A stretch of DNA of 64,000 nt from Dehalococcoidia bacterium (lineage in GTDB: Bacteria; Chloroflexota; Dehalococcoidia; Lucifugimonadales; Australimonadaceae). Shown piece after piece: positions 58,048-64,000 of the stretch (the first letter of the stretch is position 1; the number at the start of each line of letters is the position of its first letter). The DNA lies in contig CBDFLP010000012.1 of NCBI GenBank assembly GCA_965249325.1, forward strand, positions 73,555 through 137,554, written 5' to 3'. The notes under the pieces were generated by a model that searched no databases, was not told where the DNA came from, and was given only the letters and a program-made list of their open reading frames with translations. Both the position numbers and the translations under genes were made by a program.

Positions 58048-59181
58048 ATGAAGAACGGCTTCCGCATCCTCGATAGCGACATCCACGTCATCGAGCCAGC
58101 CTCCCTATTCGAGGACTTCTTGGACGGTCCGTTCAGGTCGCGTATGCCGGTGATGCGGCGCAGCGACGTGACCGGCGTCGATACCTGGGTCATCAATGAC
58201 CAAGTCTTCCCTATCTGGAACGAGTGGCCGGACTTCGCTCACGCCAACGCGGCATTGAAGGAGAAGAAGGAGAAGACGCCGTTCCAGGTCAAAGCGTTCT
58301 CCCACGGCTTCGACGCGCGGACCACGCTGGAGGCGATGGACATTGAAGGCGTCGATGTCGCGGCGCTCTTCCGCACGAACGGCGGGACCTGGATCCTCGG
58401 CCTCGACGACCTGGACCCGGAGTACGCCGCCGCCCTGTGCCGCGCCTACAACGACTGGATGCACGACTACTGCAAGGCCGACCCCGAACGCCTGAAGGGC
58501 ATCGCGCTCCTCCCGTTGCAAGCCATCGACCTCGCCGTCGAGGAGGCGCGGCGGGCCGTCGCTGAGCTGGGGTTCGTCGGCGTGACGGTCCATCCCGAGC
58601 CCGTCAATGGACGACTCTTCTATGACCCGGAGGTCGAGCCCCTATGGAGTGAGATCGAGCGCCTGGGGACGGCGGTCTGCCTGCACGGGACCTCGACCGC
58701 GCCTGGACGGGAGGACATCAGCCGTAAGTACCTGCGTCACCCCGGGGCCCGCACGATGACCCACGCTCTCAGCTTCCCCACCCAGATGATGTCCGCGCTC
58801 GCGGGCCTGACGGTCACCGGAGTCCTGGAGCGTCATCCCGCCCTGCGCGTCGCCTTCCTGGAGGCGAACTGCTCGTGGCTGCCTTGGCTTCTCTACCGCC
58901 TCGACGATCAGCAGGAGAAGTACCGGGAGAACCTCCTGCCGCTCAAGCCCAGCGAGTATTTCCTGCGCCAGTGCCTGATCTCCATGGAGGCCGATGAGGC
59001 GATGGCTAAGGACGTCATGGCGCGTTACGGCGACGATTTCATGGTCATCTCGACCGACTATCCGCACCCCGACAGCCCCTTCCCCCACGCGATGGACGAG
59101 TTCTTCGAGCTCGACCTTCCGGACGAGGCCCGCCGTAAAGTCCTCTGGGACAACTGCGCGAAGCTCTACCTGCTGGACTAG
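58048..59181 (+). CDS. Amidohydrolase family protein (amidohydro_2)
   Basis: DSDIH, AYNDW, LHG, FLEANCSW and STDYPH motifs. Confidence 0.9.
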   Translation: MKNGFRILDSDIHVIEPASLFEDFLDGPFRSRMPVMRRSDVTGVDTWVINDQVFPIWNEWPDFAHANAALKEKKEKTPFQVKAFSHGFDARTTLEAMDIEGVDVAALFRTNGGTWILGLDDLDPEYAAALCRAYNDWMHDYCKADPERLKGIALLPLQAIDLAVEEARRAVAELGFVGVTVHPEPVNGRLFYDPEVEPLWSEIERLGTAVCLHGTSTAPGREDISRKYLRHPGARTMTHALSFPTQMMSALAGLTVTGVLERHPALRVAFLEANCSWLPWLLYRLDDQQEKYRENLLPLKPSEYFLRQCLISMEADEAMAKDVMARYGDDFMVISTDYPHPDSPFPHAMDEFFELDLPDEARRKVLWDNCAKLYLLD

Positions 59182-60161
59182 CGGCGCTGGCGCCACACGT
59201 CGGGGTTTGCCAGGCGCACGGGCTTTACCCCGGCGGCGAAACGCTCTAGGTCTTCCGCGGCCATCGCTGAGTGACGTTCGACTGTCTCGCGCGTCGCGCC
59301 GCCGATGTGAGGGGTGAGCAGCACGTTCGGCAGACCGAGGAATGGCGAATCGGGCGGGATGGGATGCGCCTCGTGCACGTCGAGCGCCGCCCCAGCCAGA
59401 CTGCCCGCCGCGAGCGCCTCGGCGAGCGCTTGCTGATCCACCACGTAGGGCGAGGTCACGTTCACCAGGAACGCGCCGCGCTTCATGGCCGCGATGCGGT
59501 CGGCGTTCAGCATCCGGGCGGTCGAGTCGGTGTCCGGCACGTGCAGGGAGACGAAGTCCGCGGCCCTCAGCAGGTCGTCGAGCTCCATGAGCTCCACCTC
59601 GTCCGCCTGCGCCACGTAAGGGTCATGGGCCAGCGTCCGCATGCCGATTCCCGCCGCGAGGCGCGCGACGGCCCCGCCGATGGCGCCGAGGCCGACGATT
59701 CCTAGGGTTGCGCCGGCCAGCTCTCGGCCCTGGAACCGGGTGTAAGCGTCTGTCGGGTCGGCCCATCGGCCCTCGCGGACGTATCGCTCCGCCTCCGCCG
59801 TATGCCGGGCTAGAGCGAACATCTGCCCGATAACCAGCTCGGCCACCGCCTCCGCGTTCCTGCCCGGCGTGTGAACGACTGCCACGCCCTGCTCCGTCGC
59901 AGCATCCATGTCCACTTGGTTGAGCGCACCGCGGCACACGGCGACGATCCTGAGCTCCGGCGCGGCGGCGAAGAGCTCCTCGAACACGAAATCGGCCTCG
60001 ACCACAAGCGCGTCGAAACCCTCCGCCGCCAGGCGCGCCCCAAGCTCTTCCGGGTCCCAGAGGACTTGCGTTTCGGTCCACGGCTCATGGGTCACCGGGC
60101 CGAGCGCTTGGAGGCGTGCGATGCCGTCCGGCGAGAAGGGAGCGAGGACGAGCGATTTCAT
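59178..60161 (-). CDS. D-isomer-specific 2-hydroxyacid dehydrogenase (SerA-like)
   Basis: TPGRNAEAVAE, GIVGLGAIG, SLHVP, GAALDV and TPHIGGAT motifs. Confidence 0.9.
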   Translation of the reverse strand: MKSLVLAPFSPDGIARLQALGPVTHEPWTETQVLWDPEELGARLAAEGFDALVVEADFVFEELFAAAPELRIVAVCRGALNQVDMDAATEQGVAVVHTPGRNAEAVAELVIGQMFALARHTAEAERYVREGRWADPTDAYTRFQGRELAGATLGIVGLGAIGGAVARLAAGIGMRTLAHDPYVAQADEVELMELDDLLRAADFVSLHVPDTDSTARMLNADRIAAMKRGAFLVNVTSPYVVDQQALAEALAAGSLAGAALDVHEAHPIPPDSPFLGLPNVLLTPHIGGATRETVERHSAMAAEDLERFAAGVKPVRLANPDVWRQRR

Positions 60162-60215
60162 TGTGCGGCGCCCATCATGGCCGGCGGGCAAACGCTCGCC
60201 CGGCTGCCGGCGCGC

Positions 60216-61568
60216 TCAGCCTCCAAGCTCCTCGATAAGCTCGGCGGTGTGGAGGATGCCCAGCCGGAAGTAATCGCGGCGGATGTTCTCGTTGGGCGCG
60301 TGGATGCGGTTGCCGGGATAGTCGATGCCGCAGGAGGCGACGGGGACTCCTAGGATGTGCTGGATGGGGTGCTGCGGTCCCGTGCCGGTCATGCTCGGCA
60401 TGATGTACGGCTCGCTGTCGTATGCGCGCCGTGCCGAGTCGACGACCTGCTTGACGAACGGGTCGTCGATCGACGTCCGCGCCGGGTGCTCGGAGCTGTG
60501 AACCTTCACGTCGATATCGCTGAAGCCGTGCTCGTCGAGGTGCTGCCGCAGGCTCGCGAGTACCTCGTCTGGGTCCTGGTTGGGGACGAGCCGGAAGTCG
60601 AGCTTCGCGCGCGCCACGGCGGGAAGGATCGTCTTAGCGCCTTCGCCGGTGTATCCCGCGCCAAACCCGGCAATGTTCGCGGTCGGGTCCATGATGAGCC
60701 GCCGCCAGAGCTCGTAACCCGACGCCTCCCCGACGGCCATCTCGACGCCTAGGTTGTGCAGGAACTCGCGCGACGTGTCCGGCAGCCCTTCGATTGCCGC
60801 GACCTCCTGCTGGAGCGCGGGCCGCACGCGGTCGTAGAAGCCGCGCAGCGCGATGCGCTCGCTGGAGTCCTTGAGGGTGTTGAGCGCCCAGACCAGCCGC
60901 CAAGCGGGGTTTGGAACGACGGGCGCGTAGGACGAGTGGGAGTCGGTGCTCGCTGAGCGGCATTCCAACTCGACGTACAGCAGCCCCTTCACTCCGAGCA
61001 TCACCATGGGACGGCCGTCCCAGTTCACCCCGCCGCCCTCCCAGATGCACACGTCCGACGCGATGCGCTCCGCGTTCGCCTCGACGAAGTCCTGGAAGCC
61101 GAGGCTGCCGATCTCCTCGGCGCCCTCCAAGCACCAACGGATGGTGACAGGCAGATCACCCTTGGAGTCGCGCAGCGCCCGCACCGCTGCCAGCCTGGCG
61201 ACGATAGGGCCCTTATCGTCCGAGATGCCGCGCCCGTAGATGTAGCCGTCGCGCTCCGTGGGCTCGAAAGGCGGCGTCTCCCACTCGTCGAGCGGGTCGG
61301 GGGGCTGCACGTCGTAGTGGTTATAGAAGAGGAGCGTCTTGTCCGACGCGCCCTTCGCCTCGGCGATGATGCCAGGGTAGTCGGGGTCGGCGGTCGGTAC
61401 GAGGTCGGCCTCGAACCCGGCGTCGCGGAGCATCCCGACGACCATCTCGCCGCACTCGCGGACGCCCAACCGCTGCGCGCTAACGCTCGGCTGCGCGGCG
61501 AGCCGCTTCAGCTCGTCGATGGTCTCTTCGAGGTGGTCGTCGATGTGTTGCCGGGTTGCGTGGTCCAT
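60216..61568 (-). CDS. M20/M25/M40 family metallo-hydrolase (dipeptidase-like)
   Basis: YNHYDVQP, GRGISDDKG, EGAEEIGS and HAPNE motifs. Confidence 0.92.
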   Translation of the reverse strand: MDHATRQHIDDHLEETIDELKRLAAQPSVSAQRLGVRECGEMVVGMLRDAGFEADLVPTADPDYPGIIAEAKGASDKTLLFYNHYDVQPPDPLDEWETPPFEPTERDGYIYGRGISDDKGPIVARLAAVRALRDSKGDLPVTIRWCLEGAEEIGSLGFQDFVEANAERIASDVCIWEGGGVNWDGRPMVMLGVKGLLYVELECRSASTDSHSSYAPVVPNPAWRLVWALNTLKDSSERIALRGFYDRVRPALQQEVAAIEGLPDTSREFLHNLGVEMAVGEASGYELWRRLIMDPTANIAGFGAGYTGEGAKTILPAVARAKLDFRLVPNQDPDEVLASLRQHLDEHGFSDIDVKVHSSEHPARTSIDDPFVKQVVDSARRAYDSEPYIMPSMTGTGPQHPIQHILGVPVASCGIDYPGNRIHAPNENIRRDYFRLGILHTAELIEELGG

Positions 61569-61584
61569 TGCTGCTCCGTGGAGG

Positions 61585-61624
61585 AACCCCCTCCTCAATC
61601 CTCCCCTGCAGACGAGGGAGGAGG
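61585..61624. repeat. REP-like palindrome (family B)
   Basis: AACCCCCTCCTCAATCCTCCCCTGCAGACGAGGGAGGAGG, related to 991-1033 in inverted orientation. Confidence 0.6.
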
Positions 61625-62140
61625 TTAGTTTGAGGCCTTCTGTCGCTGCTGCCGGCGTTTCTCGGCGCGGGTCTCGTGGACGACGGGCCAGACTGACTCC
61701 GCCTCACAGTCCTCTCCGTCGGCCAGGCTGCGAAGGTCGGTGATGTAGACCTCGCGGGCCGGCTCGCCGGTCGATTGCACGTCGTTCGTGTGCATCCAGC
61801 TGTGGACGGCGCGGTGGGCGTCGGCGATGTCCTTGTGTGGGCCTTTGTAGACCGCGACCGCGCACCGGCCGCCGGGCAGCTCGTCCGCCCGCACCCGCTC
61901 GTTGCCCTCGACCTCCACGTCCACCGGATAGCCCACTTGGACGTCGACGAGGAAGCTGCCTACCTCGTAGTACACGCCCATGCCGGGCCCTGTAGGCGTC
62001 ACGCCGACAGAATCGAGGTATTCGGCGGTCTCCTGCAGCAGCTGAGTGACCTTTGGAGTGACCTTGTCAATAGTCGTCTTGGCGCGTATCGCCGCGATCT
62101 TCTGGGGCCTATACTCGCGTATCTGGATGCCGATATCCAT
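61625..62140 (-). CDS. GyrI-like small-molecule-binding protein
   Basis: LPGGRCAVAVYKGPH...REVY pattern. Confidence 0.85.
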   Translation of the reverse strand: MDIGIQIREYRPQKIAAIRAKTTIDKVTPKVTQLLQETAEYLDSVGVTPTGPGMGVYYEVGSFLVDVQVGYPVDVEVEGNERVRADELPGGRCAVAVYKGPHKDIADAHRAVHSWMHTNDVQSTGEPAREVYITDLRSLADGEDCEAESVWPVVHETRAEKRRQQRQKASN

Positions 62141-62178
62141 AACTCCACCCTCCGGTCGCAACTTCTCTCCGTCCTTGC

Positions 62179-62259
62179 CGTCATTTCCGCGAAGACGGGA
62201 ACCTCGCATCCTCCCGTCATTCTCCCCTACGACAGGGGAGGGAATCGAGGAGGGGAGGG
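62179..62259. repeat. Composite REP cluster (family A and family B copies)
   Basis: CGTCATTTCCGCGAAGACGGGAACC, then TCTCCCCTACGACAGGGGAGGGAATCGAGGAGGGG. Confidence 0.55.
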
Positions 62260-62260
62260 G

Positions 62261-63673
62261 CTACCCCCCGCCTCCCGATGCGCCCTCGACGATGCCCGGC
62301 GCGGTCATGCGCGCGGGATCGAGGAGGTGTTGCAGCTGTTCGTCGGTCAGTCCGGCCTCGGCCTTCGCGAGTTCGCGGATCGTGACTCCCTGGGCCGCGG
62401 CCGCCTTTGCAATGGCAGTCGCCTTATCGTAGCCGATGGCCGGAGTGAGCCCTGTCGCCATCATCAGTCCCTGCTCGACCATATCCGGTCCCTTGCTCGT
62501 CGCCTTGATGCCGCGCAGGCACTGGACCACGAAGTTCTCCGTGGCCGATGCGAGCAACGTGATGGCCTGATGCAGATTGTAGGCGGCGACGGGCCAGTAG
62601 GTGTTGAGCTCCAAGTAGCCGCCCTGGGCCGCGGCGGCGACGGCGGCGTCATTGCCGATGACCTGGCAGACCACCTGCACGACCGACTCCGGAATTACCG
62701 GGTTCACCTTGCCCGGCATGATTGACGAGCCCGGCTGGACCGTCGGCAGATCGAGCTCCGCGAGCCCGGCGCGCGGCCCGGACGACAGCCAGCGCAGGTC
62801 GTTCGCGATCTTCTGCAGCGAGACCGCTGCCCCTCGGACGGCGCCGCTGGCCGCGAGCATCGTGTCCTGTGTGCCTTGCGCTTGGAAGTGGTGCTCCGTC
62901 TCTCTGACCGGCAGACCCAGCTCGTCGGACAGGAAGGCGCAGGTCCGAGCCGCAAACTCCTCGTGGGCGTTTATCCCGGTGCCGACGGCCGTCCCGCCGA
63001 GCGCGACTTCGCAGAGCGCGTCCGCGTGCGGCTGCAGCCGGGCGATCGCGAGCTCCATCTGGCTCGCGTATCCGGCGAACTCCTGCCCAAGCCGGATCGG
63101 GGTCGCGTCCTGAAGGTGTGTGCGGCCCGTCTTGATGATCTCCCAGAACTCCTCGGACTTGGCGGCGAGGGCCTCTCGCGCCATCTCCAGGGCGGGAACC
63201 AGCTCATTCCGCAGGGCCCGCGCGGCGGTCAGGTGGCTGGCGGTGGGGATGACGTCGTTGGACGACTGCGCCATGTTGACGTGGTCGTTGGGATGAACGT
63301 TCACGCCGGGCGCGAGCTCGCGCGCTCGTCTGGCGATGACCTCGTTGGCGTTCGTGTTCGTCGAGGTGCCCGACCCTGTCTGGAAGAGGTCGACGACGAA
63401 ATGCTCGTCCCAGGCGCCGTCGACCACCTCCCCGGCGGCTGCGTTGATGGCGTCGGCGACCTCCTGGTCCAGCAGACCGAGGCCTGCGTTCGTATGGGCT
63501 CCGGCGCGCTTGATTCGTCCGAGCATGTGAATGAAGTCGGCGGGGTAGCGCATGTTGCTGATGGGGAAGTTGAGGACGGCGCGCTGGGTCGATGCTCCCC
63601 AGTACGCCTCCGCGGGCACTTCCATCTCCCCCATGGTGTCCTTCTCTATCCGGCTGGCCTGTTTCTCGGTCAT
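62261..63673 (-). CDS. fumC: Class II fumarate hydratase
   Basis: EKDTMG, QTGSGTSTN, KTGRTHLQDA and signature GSSIMPGKVNP. Aspartase not strictly excluded. Confidence 0.88.
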   Translation of the reverse strand: MTEKQASRIEKDTMGEMEVPAEAYWGASTQRAVLNFPISNMRYPADFIHMLGRIKRAGAHTNAGLGLLDQEVADAINAAAGEVVDGAWDEHFVVDLFQTGSGTSTNTNANEVIARRARELAPGVNVHPNDHVNMAQSSNDVIPTASHLTAARALRNELVPALEMAREALAAKSEEFWEIIKTGRTHLQDATPIRLGQEFAGYASQMELAIARLQPHADALCEVALGGTAVGTGINAHEEFAARTCAFLSDELGLPVRETEHHFQAQGTQDTMLAASGAVRGAAVSLQKIANDLRWLSSGPRAGLAELDLPTVQPGSSIMPGKVNPVIPESVVQVVCQVIGNDAAVAAAAQGGYLELNTYWPVAAYNLHQAITLLASATENFVVQCLRGIKATSKGPDMVEQGLMMATGLTPAIGYDKATAIAKAAAAQGVTIRELAKAEAGLTDEQLQHLLDPARMTAPGIVEGASGGGG

Positions 63674-63885
63674 GTGGGCGTGGGCTCCTGCAACGGTGAT
63701 AGGCGGCGTCCGCCAGTCCGTCATGTTATCGCCGTCGTCGGGCGGCTGCCAGAGCAGGGCGCCAACAACTGCCGAAACGGGAGGGCATAACCCGTTCCTA
63801 CGCTGGGTTACGGGCGGTAGGTTACGATAGTAGAATCCTACGGAAACTGCCCCCGGCGCCCTGTCGCCGCCTTGGTTGACACAAT

Positions 63886-64000
63886 ATGTCTGAACGATCC
63901 ACCTCCTGGCAGGCGCTCTACGTGGTTTTGATGTCCGCTCTCATCTGGGGGCTAGCTCTGGCGGCCGCCTGGTTTGCCGACCAGACAGGCTCATCGTTGG
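63886..64000 (+). CDS. Start of a probable membrane protein (runs off the window)
   Basis: MSERSTSWQALYVVLMSALIWGLALAAAWF, open to the end of the window. Confidence 0.45.
   Translation, partial: MSERSTSWQALYVVLMSALIWGLALAAAWFADQTGSSL

Overview
High-GC bacterial chromosomal window with about 57 CDS and no rRNA, tRNA or CRISPR that I can see. The gene content suggests a Chloroflexota Dehalococcoidia (SAR202-like) organism, possibly sponge-associated; this is inference only. It rests on many catabolic paralogues (Rieske oxygenase, amidohydrolases, SDRs, a luciferase-like monooxygenase, CaiB/BaiF, paired acyl-CoA dehydrogenases, three xanthine-oxidase-family Mo enzymes, UbiD, class II aldolases) and a plant-type LRR protein. 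Housekeeping genes are sufBCDSU, mutS2, coaE and fumC, plus two toxin-antitoxin pairs. The most notable observations are: (1) a 2.05-kb non-autonomous IS-derived cassette (29758-31805) with terminal inverted repeats, an 8-bp target duplication and a transposase C-terminal remnant, carrying a frameshifted secreted LRR gene; (2) a coupled coaE-CbbQ/NorQ AAA+-CoA Nudix-giant VWA operon with no Rubisco or NO reductase client in the window; (3) a REP-like palindrome that appears inserted in frame inside an FGGY kinase gene; (4) an 845-bp MITE-like element (48001-48845) with helically phased GGGAACTT repeats and an internal segment homologous to 29.45-29.68 kb. All functional calls come from motif recognition by eye, not from database searches.
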